This document shows positions 1 to 9,766 of a stretch of DNA of 32,623 nucleotides, piece by piece (positions within the stretch are counted from its first letter, which is position 1; the number at the start of each line of letters is the position of its first letter). Source of the DNA: Campylobacterales bacterium (GTDB lineage Bacteria; Campylobacterota; Campylobacteria; Campylobacterales; Arcobacteraceae). The position numbers and the translations under genes are program-made. The stretch spans positions 1-32,623 of the forward strand of contig JAMOPZ010000424.1 of assembly GCA_027064245.1 (NCBI GenBank), read 5' to 3'. The notes under the pieces are model-generated. The model was not told where the DNA came from. It was given only the letters and a program-made list of their open reading frames with translations, and ran no database searches.

Positions 1-1146
1 AAACTCGGTCTTAAAACTATTGTTAGTGATTTTAATGACAAGTGTGCTGCTAGAGATATTACAGATATTTTTGCTCATATTGATATATTTGATACTCAGG
101 CTCATATAGATTATATAAATAAGCATAATTTAAATATTATTGGTGTCTTAGCAGCTGGGATAGATGTGCCAGAGACTATGGCTGAGTTAAATGAATATCT
201 AGGACTGAAAGGTGTATCATTAAAAACTGCGCTACTTGTAAAAAATAAAGAACAATTTAGAAAAAAATTAAAAGAGTTAAATTATCCAACTCCAACATTT
301 AAAATAATTGATGAAAATAATATATCTTCAATAGATGAGATTTTAAAAAATATGCCTTATCCGTTAATTGTAAAACCTACTAATAATTGTGGCAGTAGGG
401 ATATGAAAATTTTTAATGAAAATTCTAGTGAATTAAAAGAATTTGTAGAAGATAAATTTAGTAAATATAAACTTTTACTTCTTGAAGAGATGTGGATAGG
501 AAAAGAGCAAACTGTTGAGTGTTTAGTTGATATAGATGGAGAGTTTCACAATGGCTTTATCACTGATAGAAATTTTACATTTGAAAATGGGTATCCGATT
601 GAAACTGGATTAATTCATCCATCTCAACTTGATGAAAAAAAGCAACAAGAGTTATATAAACTAGCAAAAAATATAGCGCAAGACTTAAATATAGAAACTG
701 GAGCCGTTAAACTTGACACAATTTACACTAAAAATGGACCAAGAATAATTGAACTAACCGTTAGACATTCTGGTGGTTTTGATTGTCAGTATTTAGTTCC
801 ACACTCTACTGGTAAAAATATTTTAAAAGCAGCGATACTAACTGCTATTGGTAAGAGATTTAATCCGGAGCTTTTAAAAGATAATTTAAATAAATTTGGT
901 GTTACTGGCTCTGTTTGGCCAAAGAGTGGAAAGATACTTAGCATATCTGGTATTGAAGAAGCTAAGAGGATAGAGGGTATAGAAGAGATTATTTGTTTTA
1001 AAAAGATTGGTGATGATATTCGTGAGTATATAGACTGTGCTGCTAGAATTATTTATATAATTGCTACAGGAAATTCTCTAAAAATAGCTCAAAAAAATCT
1101 TTTAAAAGCTCAAGAACTTATAAAGATAGAAACTGCTCATGAGTAA
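1..1146 (+). CDS. ATP-grasp domain ligase (L-amino-acid ligase/carboxylate-amine ligase-like), 5'-truncated by window edge
   Basis: Frame is open from base 1 (KLGLKTIVSDFN...) into the 166..1146 ORF. ATP-grasp motifs: NKEQFRKKL, YPLIVKP...GSRD, LLLEE...G.E, GPRIIELTVRHSGG; C-terminal LAL_C2-like tail. Confidence 0.8.
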   Translation, partial: KLGLKTIVSDFNDKCAARDITDIFAHIDIFDTQAHIDYINKHNLNIIGVLAAGIDVPETMAELNEYLGLKGVSLKTALLVKNKEQFRKKLKELNYPTPTFKIIDENNISSIDEILKNMPYPLIVKPTNNCGSRDMKIFNENSSELKEFVEDKFSKYKLLLLEEMWIGKEQTVECLVDIDGEFHNGFITDRNFTFENGYPIETGLIHPSQLDEKKQQELYKLAKNIAQDLNIETGAVKLDTIYTKNGPRIIELTVRHSGGFDCQYLVPHSTGKNILKAAILTAIGKRFNPELLKDNLNKFGVTGSVWPKSGKILSISGIEEAKRIEGIEEIICFKKIGDDIREYIDCAARIIYIIATGNSLKIAQKNLLKAQELIKIETAHE

Positions 1147-1840
1147 AAGTATAAAATATATTACAGATATATCAACTCAAGATAAAAATGCTCTTAATAA
1201 TTTAAATTATCAAAATCTGATTTGTGACATAAACTTTACAGATTTACTTGTAAAAAAACCATGGGGAAGTGAGTATCTTCTTTTTGAAAATGAGTTTTGT
1301 GCAATTTGGGTTTTAAACATAAAATATATGGAAAACACTTCTATGCATTGTCATCCTAAAAAAGATACTTCTCTTGTCTGTTTAGATGGTGATGTATCTT
1401 GCAATACCTTAAATGAAAGTCATAAGCTAAATACATTAGATGGAGTATCTTTAAATAAAAAGATATTCCATCAAACACAGTCTATTTCCACAGAAGGCTC
1501 ATTTATATTAGAGATAGAAACCCCAGTAAATAAGTTTGATTTGGTAAGAATAAACGATACTTATGGACGACAAGGCAAAGAGTATGAATCTAAAGAAAAT
1601 TATTCTAATAAAGCAAATCTAACTTTAAACCTTTCAAATAATACTAGTACTCTGATAAATAATACACAAATAGATTTATTAAATATCTCAAATATAAATC
1701 AACTCAATTTATATAATAACAACTCAGTTATAACTATCTTATCAGATTCTTTATATTGTGGTAAAATATTTAAACTTAAGGATATTGTAGAAAATTATAT
1801 TTCTCTTAATACACTGGTGTTAATAATTTCAAATCATTAG
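1139..1840 (+). CDS. Cupin-domain protein (type II mannose-6-phosphate isomerase C-terminal-like)
   Basis: KPWGSE, SMHCHPKKD, FHQ, LEIETP, DLVRINDTYGR motifs; Asn-rich divergent C-terminal third; overlaps upstream stop. Confidence 0.7.
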   Translation: MSKSIKYITDISTQDKNALNNLNYQNLICDINFTDLLVKKPWGSEYLLFENEFCAIWVLNIKYMENTSMHCHPKKDTSLVCLDGDVSCNTLNESHKLNTLDGVSLNKKIFHQTQSISTEGSFILEIETPVNKFDLVRINDTYGRQGKEYESKENYSNKANLTLNLSNNTSTLINNTQIDLLNISNINQLNLYNNNSVITILSDSLYCGKIFKLKDIVENYISLNTLVLIISNH

Positions 1841-1879
1841 GATATAATAATAATAAATAGTTGATAAATTAAGGGGGAA
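1841..1879 (+). promoter_or_regulatory. Putative sigma70 -10 box (TATAAT 1843-1848) and RBS (AAGGGGG 1871-1877) for the HEPN/MNT pair
   Basis: Perfect TATAAT in the 46-bp gap, ~38 nt upstream of ATG 1887, plus a strong SD. The AT-rich background lowers specificity. Confidence 0.45.
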
Positions 1880-1886
1880 TAATTTC

Positions 1887-2357
1887 ATGAATAAGAAAGA
1901 AATTCTTAAAAAACGATTTAATAAATTAGAAAAACATTATATTGCACTCAAAGAATATAAAAATTTAATAGATAATTTATTAAAAGAAGACAACATTTAT
2001 GATCAATTTACTTTTAATACTTTAAAACCTGAAAAAAGAGCTATTTTAGATGCTTATCTTAAAAGATTTGCATCTATTCAAGATTTTTTAGGAGCAAAAA
2101 TATTTTCACTTCTCTTAGATATTGCAGGAATTAACAATACTAAAATGAGTGAAGTATTATCAAATATCGAAAAAGAAAATATTATTGATAGTCTTGAAAA
2201 TTGGATAGAATTAAGAGAAGTTAGAAATGAACTTGAACATGACTACCCTGAAGAGCTACAAGAAGCATTAAATGATTTAAAATATTGTATAGATAGTTTT
2301 GAACAGCTTGAAAGTTATTATTTAAATTCATTAAGTTTCTTTAAAAAGTACCTTTAA
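1887..2357 (+). CDS. hepT: HEPN-domain RNase toxin (HepT-like, nucleotidyltransferase substrate-binding family)
   Basis: All-helical 156 aa with RX4HXY motif (RNELEHDY, nt 2223-2246), translationally coupled (TAATG) to an MNT gene. Confidence 0.75.
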   Translation: MNKKEILKKRFNKLEKHYIALKEYKNLIDNLLKEDNIYDQFTFNTLKPEKRAILDAYLKRFASIQDFLGAKIFSLLLDIAGINNTKMSEVLSNIEKENIIDSLENWIELREVRNELEHDYPEELQEALNDLKYCIDSFEQLESYYLNSLSFFKKYL

Positions 2358-2647
2358 TGAGATTGTCAAAAAGAGTCATTGATATACTAAAAAATGCAAC
2401 ACAAAAAAGCTTTGGTGAAGTAAATATTTATCTCTTTGGAAGCAGAACAGATGACAATAAAAAAGGTGGTGATATTGATTTAGCAATTGATACACATCTA
2501 TCAAAACAAGATTTTAGAAAAAAGAAATCTTTATTTTTAACGATACTTACTAGAATTAATTTTGATTATAAAATAGATATAGTAAATTTTAATACAAAAG
2601 ACGATTTACTATATAATGAAATACGACAAAACAATATAAAAATTTAA
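2357..2647 (+). CDS. mntA: Minimal nucleotidyltransferase antitoxin (MntA-like)
   Basis: 96 aa with LFGSR-x-GGDIDL (GSx10DxD) and downstream KIDIV acidic motif. Confidence 0.8.
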   Translation: MRLSKRVIDILKNATQKSFGEVNIYLFGSRTDDNKKGGDIDLAIDTHLSKQDFRKKKSLFLTILTRINFDYKIDIVNFNTKDDLLYNEIRQNNIKI

Positions 2648-2665
2648 GTAAAAGGTCAACCAATA

Positions 2666-3166
2666 ATGAAAGCCGTAATAATTGTAGGTCAAGGATTTGA
2701 AGACAGTGAATTTACATATCCGTACTATAGACTTCAAGAAGAAGATATACATGTAGAAGTTGCTATTGCTGGAGATAAACCAGTGAAAGGAAAGATAGGG
2801 CAGATTGCTGAACCAACGCTTACATGTAAAGAACTCAATGTAGATGATTTTGAGATAGTTATTTTACCTGGTGGACATGAAGGACCAGATAGAGTAAGGC
2901 AAGTTACAGAGGTTTTAGAGTTCATAAAAGAGATGGACGAACAAAAAAAACTTATCGCTACAACTTGTCATGGGAGTTGGATAGCTATCTCTGCTGGTAT
3001 TATGAGAGGTAAAACTGCGACTTGTTACAAAGGGATGAAAGATGATTTAATCAACTCTGGATGTAACTATGTTGAAGAAGATGTAGTTGTTGATGGACAC
3101 TTTGTGTCTGCACCTCACTTTAGGAATAATCATCAGTGGATGAAGGCTTTGATTGAACAAATATAA
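2666..3166 (+). CDS. DJ-1/PfpI family protein (class I glutamine amidotransferase-like)
   Basis: GFEDSE, LPGG, nucleophile elbow TCHG, ATCY, VVVDG motifs. Confidence 0.88.
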   Translation: MKAVIIVGQGFEDSEFTYPYYRLQEEDIHVEVAIAGDKPVKGKIGQIAEPTLTCKELNVDDFEIVILPGGHEGPDRVRQVTEVLEFIKEMDEQKKLIATTCHGSWIAISAGIMRGKTATCYKGMKDDLINSGCNYVEEDVVVDGHFVSAPHFRNNHQWMKALIEQI

Positions 3167-5444
3167 AAAGTATCTACTCCTTTTAAAAAATCCTAATATT
3201 AAAGTTGTTTCTTTTGATATATTTGAAACACTTGCATTTAGGAAAGTTAAAAAAAGTAGTGATATTTTCAATAAAGTTACTAAAAAGAGCTTTGTTAAAA
3301 ATATATTTTTTACTAGAGATAATTTTGTTTCAGCAAGAGTATTTGCTGAAAAGAGAGCTAGGGAATTAAACTCAAAAAATGAGGATGTCACTCTTACTTT
3401 AATTTATGATCAACTCCCCCTAGATAAATATCAGAAGAAAAAAATTATACAACTTGAACTAGAGGTTGAATACAAAAATCTATATATAAACCTTCAAATA
3501 CAAAAATGGATTAAACTAGCCCACAAACATAATAAAAAGATTATTCTAATTTCTGACACTTATTTCTCTTTTAAGGAGATAAAGCTTCTTGTTCTTTCAA
3601 AATTAAAAAACAAGAAACTGATTTCAGATATCTACATATCAAATACACATCAACTTACAAAAGCAACTGGAAATCTGTATCCGAAGGTACTTCAAGACCT
3701 ACAGATAAAACCAAATGAACTTCTTCATATAGGGGATAATGCCTACTCAGATATACAGATGGCAGAGCAAAAGGGTATACATACTCTTTATTATGGTTGT
3801 GACACATATATAAAAAATCTATTTGATTTGGAAAGTTCATACATTCCATTTTTAAATAAAAATCATAATTATCGAGTTCAAGCTTCACTATCAAATCCTT
3901 ATATCAAGGAAGATGAAAAAGTTCTTTTTAATTTAGGAGCTCTACTCTTTGGCCCTGTTTTATGGGAATTTTCACACTGGGTAAATACTCTCGCAAAACA
4001 AAATAATATCTCTCAAATCAACTCAGTGATGAGAGAAGGAAAGATTTTTAAAAAATATCTCTCTAAAGTTAATAAGAATCTAGATGTTAATTTAATTTAT
4101 GCTTCAAGGAAGTCTACTTTTTTACCATTAATTGATATAGAAAATATGCAAAATGGTAATTTTAATTTTTATACATATAGAGAACTAACTGTTCAAGGAT
4201 TTTATGACTTATTTAGGCTGAAAATTAAAAATAGTACCCTTAAAAATATTTCTTATGAATTTTTAAAAGACCAAGCAATCATATTAGACTTAATATCTCT
4301 AGATATCAAGAATAGACTTGATGAAATTAAAAGTAACTCTGTTAAAGAGAAGAAATATTTTAAAAAATATATGAAGCAGAAAAACTATAAAGAGAACTCT
4401 ATAAGTATAGATTTTGGTGGTACTGGCTCTATTTTAAAGAATATGGAAGATATCTTAGAAACTCAAAAGAATGTCCACTTAAATGTACTTTTCTACTCTC
4501 ATAGTGGGGCTAAACAAAAAATGCAAGATAGTAAACTCTTCTCTTTTTTAGAGTACAGCGCGACTAACAATAAAGAGATAGAACTCATAAGAAGAAATCA
4601 TGAGTTTATTGAAATACTATTTAATGGTTTAAATGAGACTACTCTATATTATTCAAAGCATAAAAAGTCCATAGAAGCTATCACACACACAAATAATAGA
4701 AGCCTTCATTTAAATAGAACAAAACTAACAGCTTTCCAAAAGGGTGTAGACTCATTTTTTAAAATAGCTAAAAAATACAGGCTAAAAGAGAATCTTTATT
4801 CAAAAAAAGAGCTTCTTTTAATGATGGCAAGATTGATAGAAGTTCCAACTATACAAGAGGCCTCAGTTCTTGGAAATCTTTATCGTGATGAAAACTATGA
4901 TGATGCTAAACCCATTAAAATAGTTTCAAAACAAAATCTAAATATGATTAAAGAAATTGGTCTTGAAAAATCTTTTTACAAAAATAGTCTAAGTCCAAGT
5001 TTTAAAATAAATGAGATACCTTGGGTTCAAGGCACAATAACCCAACTAGATGATACTTATATCCAAAATATCAAATCAATGGCTACAAAGGGTATCAACA
5101 GTGACTCAGTGAGCAAAATATTAGAACTACTTGATAACGATATAACAATCCAAGAGATATATGTCTACGGAGCAGGTGAACTCTTTAAAGAGTTACTACC
5201 TCACTTAAAGCAAAAAAATATAAAAATAAAAAAGCTACTTGATTCAAAAGCGAGCATAGCTGATTTTGATTTTCATGGATTTAGAGTTCAAAATATTGTA
5301 AATACAAAATTTAAAGATGGTGACTATATCGTTGTATCTAGCGTTGTTTTTGCTGTTGAAATTACTAAAATAATAGTAGAAAATTCTCAAAATAAAAAGT
5401 TAAAAATTATTAATTTTTATAATGATATATTGGAGATAAATTAA
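3153..5444 (+). CDS. HAD phosphatase + phosphoribosyltransferase-like protein, probable dual-domain glycan ribofuranosyltransferase, with C-terminal Rossmann-like domain
   Basis: TTG start. HAD motifs SFDIFETL, ISD, K, HIGDN..SD; then FGP..F..W, MREG, YASR and PRPP-loop-like IDFGGTGS (nt 4407-4430); C-terminal IYVYGAG. Confidence 0.65.
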   Translation: MNKYKKYLLLLKNPNIKVVSFDIFETLAFRKVKKSSDIFNKVTKKSFVKNIFFTRDNFVSARVFAEKRARELNSKNEDVTLTLIYDQLPLDKYQKKKIIQLELEVEYKNLYINLQIQKWIKLAHKHNKKIILISDTYFSFKEIKLLVLSKLKNKKLISDIYISNTHQLTKATGNLYPKVLQDLQIKPNELLHIGDNAYSDIQMAEQKGIHTLYYGCDTYIKNLFDLESSYIPFLNKNHNYRVQASLSNPYIKEDEKVLFNLGALLFGPVLWEFSHWVNTLAKQNNISQINSVMREGKIFKKYLSKVNKNLDVNLIYASRKSTFLPLIDIENMQNGNFNFYTYRELTVQGFYDLFRLKIKNSTLKNISYEFLKDQAIILDLISLDIKNRLDEIKSNSVKEKKYFKKYMKQKNYKENSISIDFGGTGSILKNMEDILETQKNVHLNVLFYSHSGAKQKMQDSKLFSFLEYSATNNKEIELIRRNHEFIEILFNGLNETTLYYSKHKKSIEAITHTNNRSLHLNRTKLTAFQKGVDSFFKIAKKYRLKENLYSKKELLLMMARLIEVPTIQEASVLGNLYRDENYDDAKPIKIVSKQNLNMIKEIGLEKSFYKNSLSPSFKINEIPWVQGTITQLDDTYIQNIKSMATKGINSDSVSKILELLDNDITIQEIYVYGAGELFKELLPHLKQKNIKIKKLLDSKASIADFDFHGFRVQNIVNTKFKDGDYIVVSSVVFAVEITKIIVENSQNKKLKIINFYNDILEIN

Positions 5445-6502
5445 ATTTCCAAAAGATAGATTTTCTCTTTAGAAATATTACATTCATCAACTAAATATTC
5501 AGTAATCTCTTTTTCTCTACCAAGAAGAGATATAACAATATAATCATATATTTTATGCTTTATATTTTCCGGTTTTAGAACAGGAACACTATCTATACTA
5601 TCACCTATTTCACCTCTATCAACAAAACTATCAACTATACAAGGAACACTCCTAGCAATCATTCTACCTATACTGCTAGCTCCATAAATAATAATTTTTT
5701 TATTTTGACTTTCAAGATACTTAAGATCTGAAACAAGTTTATTCATTTGATATAAGAAAGTTTCATGTTTTGACTCTGTTTCCAGAAGAGAGGATAAACG
5801 ACTTAAATGTATATTTTTAGATATATTCTGAGCTAGGCTTGGAGCATATTTTGACATAATCATTAATGATTCTATTTGAAGTTTAATAGAGTTTTGTTGT
5901 GACATCCCCCCTGTTAGAAAGTTGCAAATTGGAAAATCAAGAAATTGAAAATATATATTATTTACATATTGCTTTACAATAAAATCATAATCTGCTGCAA
6001 CATCATAATTTAAATTAAAAGGAGATTCCAGAAGTAATGACCTTTTTATAAACATACTTTGATGATTACACGGAATTGTAGAGTTCCATATATTTTTTAA
6101 ACCAGGTGCTTTACTGTAAACTTTATTTCCATTCTCGTGTATAAGATAATTATCTCCGCAAACAATATCAAGATTTTCACCAATGGCATTAACAACATCA
6201 AGTACACTATCTTTATGACAAAAGCTATCACCAGCATTCATAAAGTTCACCCAAGTACCCTTTGCTTGTTGCACTGCTTTATTCATTGCATCAAAAATAC
6301 CATTATCCGGTTCACTTTTGAAAAAAGTTATTTTAGATTTAAACTCTTTGATTATTGAGACGGTATTATCGCTTGAGTTTCCATCAATAATTATATACTC
6401 AATATTTGAGTATGATTGTGAAATAACACTTTGAATAGTCTCTCTGATAAAATTATTGGCATTATATGTTACTGTAATAATTGAGACTAAATTATTTTGC
6501 AT
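5441..6502 (-). CDS. GT2 glycosyltransferase (WcaE-like) with C-terminal LGRE module
   Basis: VSIITVTYN, IIIDGNSSDNT, SEPDNGIFDAMNK, FMNAGD, HQSMF, AADYDF. Confidence 0.9.
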   Translation of the reverse strand: MQNNLVSIITVTYNANNFIRETIQSVISQSYSNIEYIIIDGNSSDNTVSIIKEFKSKITFFKSEPDNGIFDAMNKAVQQAKGTWVNFMNAGDSFCHKDSVLDVVNAIGENLDIVCGDNYLIHENGNKVYSKAPGLKNIWNSTIPCNHQSMFIKRSLLLESPFNLNYDVAADYDFIVKQYVNNIYFQFLDFPICNFLTGGMSQQNSIKLQIESLMIMSKYAPSLAQNISKNIHLSRLSSLLETESKHETFLYQMNKLVSDLKYLESQNKKIIIYGASSIGRMIARSVPCIVDSFVDRGEIGDSIDSVPVLKPENIKHKIYDYIVISLLGREKEITEYLVDECNISKEKIYLLEI

Positions 6503-7182
6503 TATATTTTAATCTCTGCTAGAATAGTACAAGGCAGTCCATCACATTTTGCCACTCTAAGTGCGGCTATATCTAATCTGTAGATTTTCGATAATTTAGT
6601 TAATTGAGTTAGATCCATATCTTCTAATAAAAGTATTGGTTTAATAGGATTTAAAAAAGCTTTATGGGATTCTCTACCTAACATTCTATTTGCAAAGCTA
6701 GATACTGAAATACTATCAAATCCAATCACTCTGATATTTGAAAATTCTATTCTTAAATACTCTGCTATACTAGGGTCAAAACCATAATTATTCTTCCAAA
6801 ATTCATCTTGATCTCTTCTATGACAAATACCAGTTTTAACTATCAGCATATCATAACTATTTTTCTTATCTACTTTTTTTAGTCTTGATATTAAATCATC
6901 TTTAACTATAGTTTCATCAGGAAGCATATCAACAAATAATATATTCTCAAATCTAAAATAATCAATATCAAAATCTTCTATGGTCTGTCCATCTTCAAAA
7001 AAATGGTAGGGCATGTCAATATGAGTACCTATGTGAACTGTTGTATTTATAGTGCTGTCATTAGCTATATCACCATTTGAAATATTTGATTTTTTTTCAG
7101 ATGTTAATTTACTTCTATTTCCATATGTTGGGGTATTCTCATCTAGTATATAAGAGAAGTAAGCTAATTTAGATTGTTTCAC
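6502..7182 (-). CDS. Cyclase family metal-dependent hydrolase (kynurenine formamidase-like)
   Basis: HIGTHIDMPYHF (HxGTHxDxPxH), KTG, IGFDSIS, H...LLEDM, DGLPC. Confidence 0.85.
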   Translation of the reverse strand: MKQSKLAYFSYILDENTPTYGNRSKLTSEKKSNISNGDIANDSTINTTVHIGTHIDMPYHFFEDGQTIEDFDIDYFRFENILFVDMLPDETIVKDDLISRLKKVDKKNSYDMLIVKTGICHRRDQDEFWKNNYGFDPSIAEYLRIEFSNIRVIGFDSISVSSFANRMLGRESHKAFLNPIKPILLLEDMDLTQLTKLSKIYRLDIAALRVAKCDGLPCTILAEIKI

Positions 7183-8056
7183 TACTATTAGCCTCTATAT
7201 CTTTTAAACACTCTATTAGTCCCTGACCCATGTCTATATATGGATTGGCTACTAACTTTTTACTTCTTGTGGGGTGAAAAGAGTATGGTGTAGTTTTATA
7301 ATGGTCGTGATATCCATCATCACTTAGTTTAATAGTTAACTTATCTCCTAAAATCTCATTTACCATCGCAAAGAGTTCTTTTCTCTGCATTCTCTCAACA
7401 CCAGTTAAAATGATATGCTCATTTATAAATTCATCAGACTTTATAATATCAACTGCTAACTTAGCAACATCTGCAGCATGAATATATTCTCTTATTTCTT
7501 CACCATCACCGCTATGGTTAATCTCTCCAGTAGCTACGGATTTTTTAAGTAAATTATATATATAGTTGTTCTGATAATCTCTTTCACCATACACAGAACC
7601 ATATCTTACTATTGTGAACTCTAAACCAAATTTTTTATAATATTCTTCTGTAATTTTTTCAGATGTTAATTTACTTATGCCATAAAAAGAACCTTTATCA
7701 CTCATAGCATAGGCACTACTTGCGTAAACAAATCTTTTAACATTATTCTCTGTGCAGGCTTCTAATATATTTAGATTTCCCATTACATTTAGTTCTATTG
7801 CCTGCATTGGATTAGATATTGAATCATCTAGGCTTGCATAACCAGCTAAATTATAGACAATTTCCACTCCTTGAAGAAGTTTATTTACAGAATCAATATC
7901 TAAAATATCACACTCTCTAAAATATTTATTATCTACATATTTAGACTCTTTTAAATCGGCTGAAATTACATCATAACCTTGAGCAATTAACTCTTCAACT
8001 AAATAACTTCCAAGAAACCCATTTCCACCAAAGACTACTACTTTTCTATTATGCAT
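7169..8056 (-). CDS. NAD-dependent epimerase/dehydratase (extended SDR)
   Basis: GGNGFLG, YASS, YGISK (YxxxK), RYGSVYG, REYIH. Start placed at ATG 8056 (MHNRK), overlapping the upstream stop, rather than 8071. Confidence 0.87.
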   Translation of the reverse strand: MHNRKVVVFGGNGFLGSYLVEELIAQGYDVISADLKESKYVDNKYFRECDILDIDSVNKLLQGVEIVYNLAGYASLDDSISNPMQAIELNVMGNLNILEACTENNVKRFVYASSAYAMSDKGSFYGISKLTSEKITEEYYKKFGLEFTIVRYGSVYGERDYQNNYIYNLLKKSVATGEINHSGDGEEIREYIHAADVAKLAVDIIKSDEFINEHIILTGVERMQRKELFAMVNEILGDKLTIKLSDDGYHDHYKTTPYSFHPTRSKKLVANPYIDMGQGLIECLKDIEANSSETI

Positions 8057-9005
8057 TTGAAAATACCTCATTTTTTAAGGGTTGATTGTTTTTGTATCTT
8101 ATTGCTTCTTCAATAGCTTGAACTTCCATATCTGTTCGACTATCTATCGTACTTGCACCCATATGACAAGTCAATATACAATTATCAAGCTCTTTTAGAT
8201 TTCCACAATATGGTTCTACTTCAAAAACATCAATAGCTGCTGAATGAATGATATTTTCTTTTAGTGCAATATATAAGTCAGACTCATTAATAATACCGCC
8301 ACGAGCACTATTTATCAATATAGCATGCTTTTGCATTAACTTGAGTTCAGTTAGTGATATATAATCTTTTGTATCTTCCTTAAGCGGTATATTGACAGAT
8401 ACTATATCACTACTCTTTAAAAGTTTCTCTTTTGAAACAAATGCAACATTATAAAGTTTTCCAAAAGCCAAGTCAGGTTCAGTATCATAAACTTTAAACT
8501 TTACATTAAAAGATGTCAAAAGATGGATTAAACTTTTTCCTATTCTACCCATACCTAAGATACCAACAGTTTTACCATATAGTAAAGTACCCATGTATCT
8601 ATTCCAACTACCTTCGGTCTTTAGATTGTTATTTGTATATGTTACTTTTCTAGCTAAGTCTAAAATCATTGCTACACAGAGTTCAGCTACTGCCATAGTT
8701 GGTGCATCTGGTGTATAAGCTACTCTCACTCCATATTTTACACATAAGTCAAAATCGATTCCATCAAGCCCTATTCCAACTCTTGAGATAAGCTTTAGGT
8801 TAGGTGCGTTTTTTAAAACTTCTTCAGTTATTTTTTCTGTTCCAGCAACTAACACTTCAGCATCTTTTATATCTACTGCCAACTCTTCAGATGTATTTTT
8901 TCTTCCATGCTCATTAACTGACAATTCTATATTATTATCTTTAATAAGCTTCATCGGTAATTCAGATGTTGAAGAAAAAGGATGTGTCGATACAAATAGT
9001 TTCAT
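8049..9005 (-). CDS. D-isomer-specific 2-hydroxyacid dehydrogenase (phosphoglycerate dehydrogenase-like, no ACT domain)
   Basis: RVGIGLDGID, VAE, GMGRIG, INSARGGII, DVFEVEP, HMGAST. Confidence 0.88.
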   Translation of the reverse strand: MKLFVSTHPFSSTSELPMKLIKDNNIELSVNEHGRKNTSEELAVDIKDAEVLVAGTEKITEEVLKNAPNLKLISRVGIGLDGIDFDLCVKYGVRVAYTPDAPTMAVAELCVAMILDLARKVTYTNNNLKTEGSWNRYMGTLLYGKTVGILGMGRIGKSLIHLLTSFNVKFKVYDTEPDLAFGKLYNVAFVSKEKLLKSSDIVSVNIPLKEDTKDYISLTELKLMQKHAILINSARGGIINESDLYIALKENIIHSAAIDVFEVEPYCGNLKELDNCILTCHMGASTIDSRTDMEVQAIEEAIRYKNNQPLKNEVFSNA

Positions 9006-9766
9006 GTCAAAGACCTTTTTACTTTTTTCATACCACCTCTAGCTGCATCTCCTAAAAAGAAAAAGTCTAAACTATATGCTAAAAAGGTACAACCTTGTTC
9101 TATTCTCTCATTTAATTTACTAGGATCTGATTCTATTACATGAAAACCTGATGGAACATTATTCTCTTTACATATATCCAGTACTTTTTGAATTCCTACT
9201 TTAACATCTTCTCTATCATACTCACCGGGATAACCCATTGAGCCAGACAAGTCATAAGGCCCTATGATAACACCATCAATTCCATCAGTAGTAATAATCT
9301 CTTCGATGTTGTCAACAGCCTCAAAGTGTTCTATTTGGGCTATAATTACTAATTCATCATTAACCCATTTTTTATACTCATCAAATCCTAAACCATATTT
9401 TTGAGCACGGAAGAGTCCAACACCACGTTTACCAACAGGTGGATACTTCGCATAATCAATAGCTTCTAATGCATCTTCACAAGACTTTACCATTGGAACA
9501 ACAATACCATCAGCACCCATATCAAGTATACGTTTTATAATAACTTCTTCATTTTTACTAACTCGAACAAGTGCTTTCATCCCATTAGCTTGAATAGTAG
9601 CTATAAGGTTATGTGCCATTGTTAGGTCTATAGAAGTATGCTCCATATCTACAACTAACCATTCAAACCCTGCACTAGCCATAATATCTATAATAGCAGG
9701 ATGACCAATAGTTACCCATGACCCAAGTGTGAGTTCATTGTTTTTTAATTTATGTTTTAAGCTCAT
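9002..9766 (-). CDS. HpcH/HpaI class II pyruvate aldolase
   Basis: GFEWLVVDMEH, VRV, LDMGADGIVVPMV, YPPVGKRG, QIEH, IGPYDLSGSMG. Confidence 0.9.
   Translation of the reverse strand: MSLKHKLKNNELTLGSWVTIGHPAIIDIMASAGFEWLVVDMEHTSIDLTMAHNLIATIQANGMKALVRVSKNEEVIIKRILDMGADGIVVPMVKSCEDALEAIDYAKYPPVGKRGVGLFRAQKYGLGFDEYKKWVNDELVIIAQIEHFEAVDNIEEIITTDGIDGVIIGPYDLSGSMGYPGEYDREDVKVGIQKVLDICKENNVPSGFHVIESDPSKLNERIEQGCTFLAYSLDFFFLGDAARGGMKKVKRSLT

Noticed and set aside
8049-9005. serA of serine biosynthesis
   Set aside because: No regulatory ACT domain, and it is embedded in a sugar cassette, so the symbol was not assigned.
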